Below are positions 28,191-37,438 of a DNA stretch of 64,000 nucleotides, in pieces. This DNA comes from Terriglobia bacterium (GTDB taxonomy: Bacteria; Acidobacteriota; Terriglobia; Bryobacterales; Bryobacteraceae). Below the pieces are notes generated by a model. It did not search any database. It was not told the DNA's origin and saw only the letters and a list, made by a program, of their open reading frames with translations. The stretch's first letter is position 1, and each line of letters begins with the position of its first letter. Position numbers and translations under genes: made by a program. The stretch covers positions 45,308 through 109,307 of the forward strand of contig CAVYBC010000002.1 of assembly GCA_963766615.1 (NCBI GenBank), in the 5' to 3' direction.

Positions 28191-29000
28191 TTACTTTGTA
28201 GAGGGCTTAGGCAGCTCCATGTGCATCAAATCGTGATATAGCAGTTTATCGGCGAACGGCACGCACTTATGTTCCAGTACCTCGGCATCTTTATCGACCA
28301 AACGATATAGAGGCATTTCGATGGTCCACGGCTTTGAAAATGTCATGGGATCTTCCATCGTCGCTTCGTACTGAATGTGAGTGGAATCGATGAGCTTGAA
28401 ACGCTCGGTGACCTTCATGGCTGCGCTGTGAAAATTGCCTGCGCGATCCAGCCACGTTTTTTCGTTCTGGCCAATAGTCGTTACGACCAGGGTGTTGCCT
28501 TCCCAGGCTCCCATGGACTTACCCATCCAGGTGTCCACCGGTGGCTCGGAATGATCCTTCATGAAGATGATTCTGTTGGTGGCCGCGAACGGGTAGACCA
28601 TCAGGGGGTCGCCGTCGCCCTGGAAAATCTGAAAGGGCATGTTGTGGTAGGTGACACGGGGAACGCCCAGCATGTAGCACTTGGCTTCAGGGTCGGTGTG
28701 CGGCCAGCTGGCGCGGTTTTTGTTTCGCTCTTCCAGGGCTGCCGGCAGATAGGGGATGGTCCCGCCACCTTTCAGGACGCTTTTGCCAGCGGGGATCGCG
28801 GCGATCGCGCCCTCCGGCCAGAATTCGTCGAGGGCTTGGGCGCTGTGCGCTTCCAGGTTCCAGTAGGCCGTGTTGATCGCCTGCCAGATGCCATTCATGT
28901 TCGGGTGGCCGGCGATTGTTGCCGGGCGGTTGGCTTCCTGCGCTGCGGCGGGCAGAATCAGCGCTATCGAAATGAGCGCGCCGATGAATCGATTTTGCAT
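28191..29000 (-). CDS. exported protein of the uncharacterised family (paralog 2)
   Basis: 269 aa with blocks NMNGIW, AKCYMLGVP, WMGKSMGAWEGNTLVVTT and EHKCVPF. It lies directly upstream of DUF6152-like copy 2. Confidence 0.7.
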   Translation of the reverse strand: MQNRFIGALISIALILPAAAQEANRPATIAGHPNMNGIWQAINTAYWNLEAHSAQALDEFWPEGAIAAIPAGKSVLKGGGTIPYLPAALEERNKNRASWPHTDPEAKCYMLGVPRVTYHNMPFQIFQGDGDPLMVYPFAATNRIIFMKDHSEPPVDTWMGKSMGAWEGNTLVVTTIGQNEKTWLDRAGNFHSAAMKVTERFKLIDSTHIQYEATMEDPMTFSKPWTIEMPLYRLVDKDAEVLEHKCVPFADKLLYHDLMHMELPKPSTK

Positions 29001-29244
29001 CTGTCTATTCTCAATCTACCAATACTAAAAAATGCGGGTCGCAAAACACCTCGTCAAGCATAACATGGGCGTTTCTGGATCGATACTCGTTACATCCCAT
29101 TGAGTCTTCAACCAAAGTGATACCGGTTGACAGTCTGAATGATATTCGAGATGGAACAGTTTGCCAGCAAGTCCTGGGGAAGGTAATATAGTCTCCGGAT
29201 GGAGATCGCTCCCGGCGATATCCTCTAAAAGAGGAGTTTAAGCA

Positions 29245-30288
29245 ATGATCAGACAGATTCTGGCAATCGGCGGAATGAGCATGGCGATCACCCTGGCGCA
29301 AACGCCGGCTCCAAAAGCTGCGACGTCTGCCAAGGCTGCTACGGCTACTGGGAAATATACGCCGCCGAAGACGCCCTGGGGCGAGCCTGATCTACAAGGA
29401 ATCTGGCCGATCAATCATCTGATCAACGTCGGGCTGGAGCGCAACAAAAAATACGGTGACCGTGCTACGCTCACCGAAGACGAGGCTGCGGCAGCTGAGA
29501 AGGCCCTGCATGCGCGCGATGAGCGCTATCAGACCGGAGCCATTCCGCAGGCCGACGCCGGTGGAAAGGTGACCAAGCAGACGTCGCTAATCGTCGATCC
29601 GCCTAACGGCCGGTTTCCTGAGCTCACTCCATTGGGAAAGAAGCTGCAGGCCGAGATGAAGAGCAGCTATAAGCCGGGCCAGACGGTATTCGACAGCGTG
29701 GAGGATTTCGCGGCCTGGGATCATTGCGTTACGCGCGGCATGCCGGTTTCGATGGAGCCGCGCAATTACAACAATGGAATCCGCATAATGCAGTCGCCCG
29801 GGTACGTGATCATTCTGCTTGAGATGGCCCACGAGGCGCGCGTCATTCCCACCAAAGCCGAACCGGCTCTCGATCCCAGCATCAAACAGTGGATGGGCGA
29901 GTCGCGCGGCCATTGGGAAGGCAATACGCTGGTAGTGGAGACCGCCAATTTCAACGGACTGGTCGGCCAAACAAGCGCGGGCGTCCCAGGATCGCCCGGC
30001 CCCTTGCAGCCGGAGACCGATAAGATGCGCACCGTGGAGCATTTCACGCGGACTGCGGCGGACACTATCGATTACAAGATGACCATTTCCGATCCGGACG
30101 TCTTGGCGACGGGTTTTTACACGATCTCGTACCCGATGTACCTCGACAACAAGTACGAGTTTTTCGAGTACGCCTGCCACGAAGGCAACACGGCGATCCG
30201 TAATTACATCGAGACGTCGCGTTTCGAACGGGAGCATCCGGATAAGGTCGGTAAGCCTGCGCCTCGCGGGGGGCGGCCGCCTCAGTAG
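29245..30288 (+). CDS. exported protein of the uncharacterised family (paralog 3, no DUF6152 partner)
   Basis: 347 aa with a GAGGAG RBS and blocks DLQGIW, DHCVTRGMP, WMGESRGHWEGNTLVVET and EYACHEGN. Confidence 0.7.
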   Translation: MIRQILAIGGMSMAITLAQTPAPKAATSAKAATATGKYTPPKTPWGEPDLQGIWPINHLINVGLERNKKYGDRATLTEDEAAAAEKALHARDERYQTGAIPQADAGGKVTKQTSLIVDPPNGRFPELTPLGKKLQAEMKSSYKPGQTVFDSVEDFAAWDHCVTRGMPVSMEPRNYNNGIRIMQSPGYVIILLEMAHEARVIPTKAEPALDPSIKQWMGESRGHWEGNTLVVETANFNGLVGQTSAGVPGSPGPLQPETDKMRTVEHFTRTAADTIDYKMTISDPDVLATGFYTISYPMYLDNKYEFFEYACHEGNTAIRNYIETSRFEREHPDKVGKPAPRGGRPPQ

Positions 30289-30294
30289 GTCGGT

Positions 30295-30654
30295 CTAGCC
30301 GCCAACAAGCGCGACGCCCGCCAGCACTGCCAGTGCGCCTGCTGCTCTTCGAGTATCCAGCTGTTCGTGCAAAACGAATTTCGCGAGCAGTGTCTCTAAA
30401 ACAAAACTAGCCGACGATGCGGGCACGGCGAAGCTGAGCGGTTCATTTTGCACCAGCGCCATAAACGCGAAAAACGATACGGCGTTGCAGGCGACTCCTA
30501 AAATCAACAATCGCCGCCGTGCGATGGTTTCGATCAGCCGAGCCAACCCTCGCGCACTTACCGACTGTTCCCCGGCGCTCTTCATCTCATGGCTTTGCAG
30601 CAAGTCTCCCATCACCGTCGCGATTACCGTAACGGCCACCAAGAGCCACCTCAT
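30295..30654 (-). CDS. half-size DMT/EamA-like membrane protein (about 4 TM)
   Basis: 119 aa and hydrophobic. Its ATG overlaps the upstream stop (ATGA). Confidence 0.6.
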   Translation of the reverse strand: MRWLLVAVTVIATVMGDLLQSHEMKSAGEQSVSARGLARLIETIARRRLLILGVACNAVSFFAFMALVQNEPLSFAVPASSASFVLETLLAKFVLHEQLDTRRAAGALAVLAGVALVGG

Positions 30655-31049
30655 TTCGAGTCCTCGACGGGCACGGGAGTCTTTTGCGATGTCGATCCCA
30701 CCAGGGCGGCGCCGGCGAAGATCAGCAGGGTCCCCAGCCATCGCTGGCCGGATACAGCCTCATGCAGGAACACCTTGCCCAGCACGACTGCGGCGATGTA
30801 TCCGATGGCGGTTACGGGCAACACGAAGCTCAAATCGGCAAGGCTGAGCAACGCCATTCGAGTCAGCAGGGCGAGCGCCAACGCTATTACGCCCGTCGCC
30901 ACGAAAGGGTTCAGCATGGCGCGCAGGTAAAGCACCGGGTTCATCGACATTTGCTCGGGGACCTGCTTCATTCCCCACGCCATGGACGAATTTCCCGCGC
31001 TCTTCAATGCCAGGAAGAGCAGCAGAACAGAGGTAGTCTTCATAGTCAT
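30651..31049 (-). CDS. half-size DMT/EamA-like membrane protein (about 4 TM)
   Basis: 132 aa and hydrophobic, with ATGA overlaps at both ends. The pairing resembles ArnE/ArnF-type heterodimeric flippases by architecture only. Confidence 0.6.
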   Translation of the reverse strand: MTMKTTSVLLLFLALKSAGNSSMAWGMKQVPEQMSMNPVLYLRAMLNPFVATGVIALALALLTRMALLSLADLSFVLPVTAIGYIAAVVLGKVFLHEAVSGQRWLGTLLIFAGAALVGSTSQKTPVPVEDSK

Positions 31050-31894
31050 CCGCCGGCGCGCCGGAGAAGTTTCTCGGCTTCCTGCCTGGGAGGGTCGTCG
31101 GGAGTGAGGCTCGAGTGCAGATAAGACTCGAGCAGGGCTCGCGCCTGTTCCCGGTTGCGGTTGTTTTCGATATCCGTCCTGGCTTGGGCGAAGGCGACCC
31201 TCGGCACGCCCGGCGCCAGCTTCATGGCATGCGCAAAAAGCTGATCGCTTTCCTGCAGCCGCCCCCGTTTGGCGAGGTAACGGGCCAGATCCACCACGCG
31301 CCCCGGCTCGGTAGGGGCAAGCTGCATGGCGCGGCGCAGATGAGCCTCTTCGGCGGCGTAGTCTTTTCTTCGATTGGCAAGCTGGGCTTCTTCAAACTCG
31401 GCTTCGGCGGGCCGCTCGCTCGCGATGCTCTTCGCGAGGGCCTCGGCTTTATCCAATCCCCCGCCCATGATTCCTGGCGCGTTGAGGTAGAAATCGAATA
31501 AGTCGTTCTTGGCTTCGCGGTTGTGCGGGTCCAGGGCGACTGCCTTTTCGAAATATTGGCGGGCTTTCAAAGCCCTGGGCGCAGCGCTCATCCAGTTACT
31601 GCTCTCCGCACGACGGCCCCAAGCACGGCCCAGCCAAAGGTGGTAGTCGGAGTCGGTGGGCGAAATGGCGAGGGCCTTCTCGAAAAATCCTATTGCTTTC
31701 TGATAGTCGCCCAGCATGAAGGTGTTTTTGCCGCTCAAAAAAAGGCTGGCCTCATCGGGTGCGGGGTCGTTCGCCAAAAGATGGAGGGATTTCTCATATT
31801 CGGTGTGCTGGTAAAGCTCGCCGGCCTGGCGGAGGACTTCCGGAGGCGCACCTAAGGCGGCCGCCACCAGCGCTAGACCACTCAATAAACGCAT
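31046..31894 (-). CDS. TPR-repeat protein with signal peptide
   Basis: Starts MRLLSGLALVAAALG, followed by several TPR-like units (Y..A...FEKAL...P, AKNDLFDFYL...). Confidence 0.65.
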   Translation of the reverse strand: MRLLSGLALVAAALGAPPEVLRQAGELYQHTEYEKSLHLLANDPAPDEASLFLSGKNTFMLGDYQKAIGFFEKALAISPTDSDYHLWLGRAWGRRAESSNWMSAAPRALKARQYFEKAVALDPHNREAKNDLFDFYLNAPGIMGGGLDKAEALAKSIASERPAEAEFEEAQLANRRKDYAAEEAHLRRAMQLAPTEPGRVVDLARYLAKRGRLQESDQLFAHAMKLAPGVPRVAFAQARTDIENNRNREQARALLESYLHSSLTPDDPPRQEAEKLLRRAGG

Positions 31895-32006
31895 ACACGG
31901 TCGGGATACGTAATTCAGTTTAGCGGATCTACAAAAAAAGAGCCCCGCCGGGATTCGGCGAGGCTCATTTGCTAAGGAGAACACTAAGGAGAGATTTTGG
32001 CGACTC

Positions 32007-32765
32007 TTACGGGATCTTGAAGTCCACGTTACGGTCACTATTCAACTTTTGGCTCTGGCCGATGTCCACGCTCGAAACGGGAGCCTGTCTTTCCTGTCCG
32101 TCCTGCGTCATCCAATGAATCTGATCGCCCTCGACCTTATAAGCCGTCGCGGCGACAATCGTGTGATCCTTGAACGCGATCAGGAAGTAGTTGGTGCTGG
32201 CATCGTTAGCCTGCGGCTGAGTCTGCTGAGGCGCCTGCTGCTGCGGGTACTGTTGCGCCGGATACTGTTGCGCCGGATACTGTTGTTGCGGGTACTGTTG
32301 CGGATACGCAGGAGCAATCGGTGCAACCTGATATCCATAAGCGTTCGGATCATAGTAGCCGTTGTAATAATACGGGTCGTATCCGTAAGCGTAGCCGGGA
32401 TAGTAACCCGGATAGTACCAGCCACCTAAACCGACGTAGAAACGTGGATAGCCATAGTAGCGGCCACCGTAATAATAGCCGCGGCCACCATAATAGCCAC
32501 CGCGATACACACCCACGGCGCCACCGTGATATACACCGACGGATCCGCCACGGTAGGTGCCTACTGAGCCTCCGCGATAGGCTCCCACGGAGCCCCCGCG
32601 ATAGGCGGAACCTCCCGAGAATCCGCCACGGGCGACGCCACCACCGCCGGCGTGTCCACCACCGCCGGCATGCCCGCCGCCTCCGCCCCCGCCGCGGCCG
32701 TATGCGGGAACCAGCGACAAGGCTGAGAACAAAGCCGCGCAAAGAGCTAATTTCGTATATCTCAT
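32007..32765 (-). CDS. exported Gly/Tyr/Gln-rich low-complexity protein with a small globular C-terminal domain
   Basis: Signal peptide; GGGGGGGHAGGGGHAGGGG; five YRGGSVG-like units; a Tyr-rich tract; QQYPAQ repeats; then NYFLIAFKDHTIVAATAYKVEGDQIHWMTQDG... Confidence 0.65.
   Translation of the reverse strand: MRYTKLALCAALFSALSLVPAYGRGGGGGGGHAGGGGHAGGGGVARGGFSGGSAYRGGSVGAYRGGSVGTYRGGSVGVYHGGAVGVYRGGYYGGRGYYYGGRYYGYPRFYVGLGGWYYPGYYPGYAYGYDPYYYNGYYDPNAYGYQVAPIAPAYPQQYPQQQYPAQQYPAQQYPQQQAPQQTQPQANDASTNYFLIAFKDHTIVAATAYKVEGDQIHWMTQDGQERQAPVSSVDIGQSQKLNSDRNVDFKIP
32210..32700. repeat. coding tandem repeats (15-bp period for QQYPA units, 21-bp period for YRGGSVG units, GGN runs)
   Basis: Visible in the DNA, for example GGATACTGTTGCGCC repeated at 32250-32290 and GCCACCGCC runs at 32640-32700. 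Confidence 0.7.
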
Positions 32766-32876
32766 GCCCTAAGTAGAGCAACTAACGGGCCATTGGCCAA
32801 GTTATTGTCGGCATTGGTTATCTCCATGTAAGTAGGTGGCTTAAAACCACCACTCCGCTGAAAACCACCACCCCGC

Positions 32877-34208
32877 TCACTCATACTCCATCATCGCCAT
32901 AAACCCATAATCCATATGGATCTGCTGATGGCAATGGAATAACGTCGGCCCTGGATTATTCGCCAGCAGGTACGCCTGCAGGCGCGATTTCGGCTGCACA
33001 ACTACGACGTCCTTAAACACGCCTGACGTCTCGCGTCCCTCGACGTTTCTTAGCTCGAACGTGTGGCGATGCAGGTGAACCGGGTGGGCCTCATCGCTAC
33101 GGTTGTCAAACACCAGCCGGTAGCCATTGTTGCGCTTCACTCGAATCGGATCCGTCTTGGGAAACTGCTTGCCGTTGATCGCCCATCGGTCCGGCGTGTG
33201 TTTTCCCGCAAACTTTTTCTCGAACGTCAAAAGAATCTCCTCCGCCTTGGGCTGCGACGCCGGAGGGGCGCCGAACGCCGTATAATCCCAACGCTCATTG
33301 GACGGAGGCGTCCAGACCGGGGCGCCCGACCGGCCCGCATATTCAATCACCACGCCCATGCCCGCCTGACGATCGTGATCGTCGGTCGCACCCAGAATCC
33401 ACACACCCGGCCGATTCATCTCCACCACCGCGTCGATTCTCTCGGCGGGGCCTAGTTCCAGGGCCTCGACTTTTTTGGGGGTCGCCACTGCATTGCCATC
33501 CAGTGCGACTACCTCGAATGTATGCCCCGCCAGAGCGATCCTTCTATGGACGGTTGCGCTTGCGTTCAGGATGCGAAGCAACACGCGATCGCCCTCCTTC
33601 ACTCGGATCGGTTCGCCGTAACCAAGAGAATGGTCGTTGATCGAGAACAGTTTGTAGGCGACGTCCAACCCCTCGTCTTCCATAGTCGCCAGGTAGGGCT
33701 CCCATTCGCGCAGGGCCAGAAATTTTTCCTGGTCATACCTTGCGGGGTCGCTTGCGGGCTCGATGTAGAGAAAACCAAACTGACCTGTGTAGCTGGCTCG
33801 CTTCAGATCCTGACGTGCCTGCGTATGAGTGTGATACCAGCGCGTCCCCGAGGGTGTCGGCGTGATGTTGTAGCGCTTGTAGCTGTTTGGCGCGACCATC
33901 GGCGTCCCCTCTTCCATCGACCCGTCGACGTCAGACGCCACATGCAGCCCATGCCAATGGACCAGCTCCGGAAAAGTCGAATTGTTATAGACGTCGATGC
34001 TGACCGCCTTGCCTTCCTTCATCCGCAACAGCGGCCCTGGCGCGATGCCATTGTACCCAATCGTCTTCACGATTTTCTTGGGCGCAAGTTCCACGGAGAC
34101 AGGCCCGATCTTAAGAGTGAAGTCGGCGGGCGAGGAATTCTGCGCTCGCAGAAAAGGACCCGCCAGAGCGGTAGCTCCCAACCCGCGCAATAAATCTCTG
34201 CGCCGCAT
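32877..34208 (-). CDS. multicopper oxidase with Tat signal
   Basis: Starts MRRRDLLRGLGATALAG. Copper-site motifs are HWHGLHV, WYHTH, HPVHLHRH and HCHQQIHMDYGFM. Confidence 0.85.
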   Translation of the reverse strand: MRRRDLLRGLGATALAGPFLRAQNSSPADFTLKIGPVSVELAPKKIVKTIGYNGIAPGPLLRMKEGKAVSIDVYNNSTFPELVHWHGLHVASDVDGSMEEGTPMVAPNSYKRYNITPTPSGTRWYHTHTQARQDLKRASYTGQFGFLYIEPASDPARYDQEKFLALREWEPYLATMEDEGLDVAYKLFSINDHSLGYGEPIRVKEGDRVLLRILNASATVHRRIALAGHTFEVVALDGNAVATPKKVEALELGPAERIDAVVEMNRPGVWILGATDDHDRQAGMGVVIEYAGRSGAPVWTPPSNERWDYTAFGAPPASQPKAEEILLTFEKKFAGKHTPDRWAINGKQFPKTDPIRVKRNNGYRLVFDNRSDEAHPVHLHRHTFELRNVEGRETSGVFKDVVVVQPKSRLQAYLLANNPGPTLFHCHQQIHMDYGFMAMMEYE

Positions 34209-34233
34209 CGCTATCAATCTTAGAATATTGTCT

Positions 34234-34785
34234 ATGGACGAATCGCTCCCGTCGTTTAAGTACTTTGCCGATCCTCTCGCCGCCGGCTCTTTCAAAGTCG
34301 ATTCCGACACTCCGTGCCTGGGCTGCAACCGCATTCGCGGCTACATCTATACAGGGCCTGTCTACGTCGAAAAGAATTTCATCCTTGACGATCACCTCTG
34401 CCCCTGGTGTATCGCCGACGGGACCGCCGCCGAGCGGTTCGGAGCAAGCTTCAACGACGCGGGAATGATGGACGACCTTTCTGAAGAAGTCATTCAGGAA
34501 ATCGCGGAGCGCACTCCTGGTTTTGAGTCTTGGCAGGGCGCGGGGTGGATGGCCTGCTGCAAGGATGCGGCCGGGTTTCTGGGTCTGGCGGGTTCCAAGG
34601 AACTCAAGCGCGATTTTCCCGATGCCATTCCCGCAGTCATGGCGATTCTGGAGGATGACTACGGCTACTCCGGCAAAGAACAAAAGGAATTTTTCAACGC
34701 CCTGAGCAAAGACGACCAGCCCACGGCCTACATCTTCCAGTGCCTGCACTGTAAGAGCTACCTGGCCAACGTCGATGAGTCTTGA
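34234..34785 (+). CDS. cbrC: CbrC (UPF0167) family protein
   Basis: FKYFADP...CLGC...YTGPVY...LCPWCIADGTAAERF is the characteristic CbrC N-terminal pattern. Confidence 0.7.
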   Translation: MDESLPSFKYFADPLAAGSFKVDSDTPCLGCNRIRGYIYTGPVYVEKNFILDDHLCPWCIADGTAAERFGASFNDAGMMDDLSEEVIQEIAERTPGFESWQGAGWMACCKDAAGFLGLAGSKELKRDFPDAIPAVMAILEDDYGYSGKEQKEFFNALSKDDQPTAYIFQCLHCKSYLANVDES

Positions 34786-34914
34786 AATACTCAGTCACAT
34801 CGATTTCATTTTTTCCTTCCTTCACAAAGCAGGCCACTTAGCTCGATTTCGAGCACATGCCGCGGCCGGATTTGGCGTTTGCCGTTCTATTCTTAAACCG
34901 GCAAAGGTGCGCGC

Positions 34915-35907
34915 ATGCAATCAACCAATCATCCAAATGTCCATGAACCATGGCGGCAATGGTCGGAGGGGGAAACTCTCCATGTCGCCTCGGCATACTG
35001 TAATCCGGTGCGGTGGCAATCCCGCCGGGAGCTGATGAACGATTTCCGCCAGCACATGGCGGCCAGCAAGAACGTCCAGCTTTATGCGGGCGAAGTCCAG
35101 TACGGAGACCGGCCCTTCGAGGTCACCTCGGCCTCAAATCCTCGCGACCTGCAGCTGCGCACGCGCGATGAGATGTGGCACAAGGAGAATCTGCTGAACC
35201 TGGTGGTGCAGCGCTTTCCTTCCGATTGGAAATACGGCGCGATTATCGATGCCGATTTCCACATGACGCGGCCCGACTGGGCGCTGGAAGCCATCCACCA
35301 GTTGCAGCTCCACGAATTCGTCCAGCTCTTTTCGAGCTACGCTCCGCTCTCCGCCGACCACCGGCCGACCTCTATTTCGCCCGGCTTCGCTTACACGTTT
35401 CTCACCACGCGCAAGGCGCCATCGGCGAACCTTCCGTCTCACGTCGGCTCGCCGGGCGGGGCTTGGGCCTTCCGCAGGGAAGCCTTTGATCAGGTCGGAG
35501 GACTTCTCGACACCTGCATCCTCGGTTCGGCTGACTGGCACATGGCTACCGCCATGGTCGGGGTGGCGGATCGTCATTGGGAAATCCGCGAGTGCACCGA
35601 TCCTTACGTGCGCAAGATTGAAGCCTGGGCCCAGAGGGCGACTGCTCTGAAGGGCAACATCAGCTACGTCCAGAACCACGCTATTCATCACTTCCACGGG
35701 GCAATGTCGAAGCGTGGCTATGGCACCAGGGGCCGCATTCTCCGGAATCATCAATTCGATCCCGACTTGGACCTGAAGCGCGATGCCCAAGGTCTATGGG
35801 GGTTTACCGGCAACAAACCGGGACTGAGGGACGACATTCGAGCTTACTTCCGCGAACGCAACGAAGATTCCCCCGAGCTAGGGCCACGCGATCGGCTGCT
35901 TGTTTGA
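34915..35907 (+). CDS. hypothetical protein, possibly a GT-A-fold glycosyltransferase-like enzyme
   Basis: 330-aa ORF with DxD-like IIDADFH preceded by WHKENLLN. This is an architecture-level guess only. Confidence 0.4.
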   Translation: MQSTNHPNVHEPWRQWSEGETLHVASAYCNPVRWQSRRELMNDFRQHMAASKNVQLYAGEVQYGDRPFEVTSASNPRDLQLRTRDEMWHKENLLNLVVQRFPSDWKYGAIIDADFHMTRPDWALEAIHQLQLHEFVQLFSSYAPLSADHRPTSISPGFAYTFLTTRKAPSANLPSHVGSPGGAWAFRREAFDQVGGLLDTCILGSADWHMATAMVGVADRHWEIRECTDPYVRKIEAWAQRATALKGNISYVQNHAIHHFHGAMSKRGYGTRGRILRNHQFDPDLDLKRDAQGLWGFTGNKPGLRDDIRAYFRERNEDSPELGPRDRLLV

Positions 35908-35999
35908 GCCGCATCCGGGCACTGCTGCTCACGCTCGGATAGCCTCGTGCCGTAAGGCCGGGGATTTCTGCTTCGGTCCGCGAAGTAGGATCATTAGAT

Positions 36000-36206
36000 A
36001 TGCCTATTTCCGCGCGAAATCAACTCGAAGGAAAAGTAGTGGAAGTCACTCTGGGCGACATCATGGCTCACGTTGTAGTGAAGATCGGCAAAAGCCACAT
36101 CGAAAGCGTAATCACCCGTCGTAGCGCCGAAGAGCTCAAGCTCAAGAAGGGCGACAAGGTCAAGGTGGTGATCAAGTCCACCGAAGTAATGCTGGATAAA
36201 GACTAA
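36000..36206 (+). CDS. mop: molybdopterin-binding Mop/TOBE-domain protein
   Basis: 68 aa. MPISARNQLEGKVVEV......V.IKSTEVML is the classic Mop/TOBE pattern. Confidence 0.85.
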   Translation: MPISARNQLEGKVVEVTLGDIMAHVVVKIGKSHIESVITRRSAEELKLKKGDKVKVVIKSTEVMLDKD

Positions 36207-36447
36207 CGGTCGGTCAGCTCCCAGGGAAAGGCTTTCGACGGAGTGGTTCCAATTTTTCCGGCTCGGCAAGCCGTGCAATTTCCGCCCAGATCTCTCGTTT
36301 TCCGTTCTCGCGCCGGACGCGTTTTGATCCGTCCTTAGCGACCCGCTTTGGTCCCCAAAAAGCACCTTGGCCGTGCTTAGGGCCGCAGTGTTCCGTCTTT
36401 TTGACTTTGGAGCCCATAACAAGGCGTGGTTGTTGAGACCTTGCAGC

Positions 36448-37002
36448 CTACTTCTGCGGCGGCGATTGTGGGGCAGGCGCGGGTGGCGGGACTGCGCTTC
36501 CGTCCGGAGGCCCTCCTCGGCGGAATCCTTTACGGCCATCGGTCCGGGGCTCGCCTTTTAAATCAGCGGGAGCTGACTTCATCCGATTCCGCATCCGCTC
36601 TTCTTGACGTTCCCGCAACTGCTGCCACTGTTCAGCCGTCAGCACATTACGCATTTTCAGCGACATTTGCGAAATTGTCTTGGTCATTTCCGCGCGAGCA
36701 TTCCCCAGCCGCTCAATCGCATCGTTGGCGCGCCGCTGATCGGCGGGTGCGTCGTTGAAGATGTCCTGGAAATCCCCTTGCGCCTTCTCCTCATTCGCGC
36801 GCAGGTCGATCAACCGGCTGCGATACTCCGCCACAATCGAGCGGATCTGTTTGTTTTGTGCCTCGGATAAATTCAAGCCGTTGGCGACTGGATTATCCCA
36901 CCACTGAAATCCGATACCGCCAGGAAGTCCCTTTCCCCGAGATCCTTGGGCGAGCAGCGCTGCCGGAACCAGCAGTAACGCTACTAGGAACCCTCTGGAC
37001 AT
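36448..37002 (-). CDS. periplasmic Spy/CpxP-family (LTxxQ-motif) protein
   Basis: Signal peptide MSRGFLVALLLVPAALLAQ, the LNLSEAQNKQI and LTAEQWQQL motifs, and a basic Pro-rich tail. Confidence 0.7.
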   Translation of the reverse strand: MSRGFLVALLLVPAALLAQGSRGKGLPGGIGFQWWDNPVANGLNLSEAQNKQIRSIVAEYRSRLIDLRANEEKAQGDFQDIFNDAPADQRRANDAIERLGNARAEMTKTISQMSLKMRNVLTAEQWQQLRERQEERMRNRMKSAPADLKGEPRTDGRKGFRRGGPPDGSAVPPPAPAPQSPPQK

Positions 37003-37006
37003 GGCG

Positions 37007-37438
37007 CTATTGATTCTCCTCAAATAATCCGCGAATCGGTTCTACTGCGCGAGGCTCAGCCGTCAGTTCCATGGACACAGCTTCGGAAAACAACTGTGCA
37101 TCGCCCTCGTCCAACTTCTGCGCGGCAAGGATCTTCGGCGGATGATGCGTTACGGGTTGATACACGTATACGCCTAAGGCCAGCAACGCCGCCGTGGCTA
37201 GTGCTGGAACCCAGGCATGAAAGCCGCCCGGCTTCTCGCCCATCCGGCTATATACGGCCCGGCGTTGCGCGGCGAGAAGATCGGCGGGAATTTGCTCCGG
37301 AACTGTCAGCTCAGCCCGCCTTGCCTCCAGAGCCTGATAGCGGGCGCCGCATTCCGGACAACCCTCCAAATGGCTTGCACCTGTATCCATCCCGTACAGG
37401 CGCTGAATCAGTTCATCGCGTGTTAAATGCTCGCTCAT
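37007..37438 (-). CDS. anti-sigma factor (zf-HC2-like, single TM)
   Basis: N-terminal H..GCPEC motif and a central TM segment (WVPALATAALLALGVYVY). An ATGA overlap links it to the sigma-factor gene. Confidence 0.7.
   Translation of the reverse strand: MSEHLTRDELIQRLYGMDTGASHLEGCPECGARYQALEARRAELTVPEQIPADLLAAQRRAVYSRMGEKPGGFHAWVPALATAALLALGVYVYQPVTHHPPKILAAQKLDEGDAQLFSEAVSMELTAEPRAVEPIRGLFEENQ

Noticed and set aside
32820-32876. Terminator downstream of the multicopper oxidase gene (repeated GGTGGTTTT, hairpin GGTGG-N7-CCACC)
   Set aside because: The stem is only 5 bp and no clear T-run follows on the relevant strand. The evidence is too weak to call.
35908-35999. Possible Moco riboswitch upstream of mop
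   Set aside because: Only about 92 nt are available and I cannot recognise the conserved Moco-motif junction from memory. This is not supportable without an Rfam search.
36214-36417. 67-aa basic minus-strand ORF (MGSKVKKTEHCGPKHGQGAFWGPKR...)
   Set aside because: It could be a real small basic protein, but I recognise no RBS or family. I have left it unannotated. It is worth a homology search.
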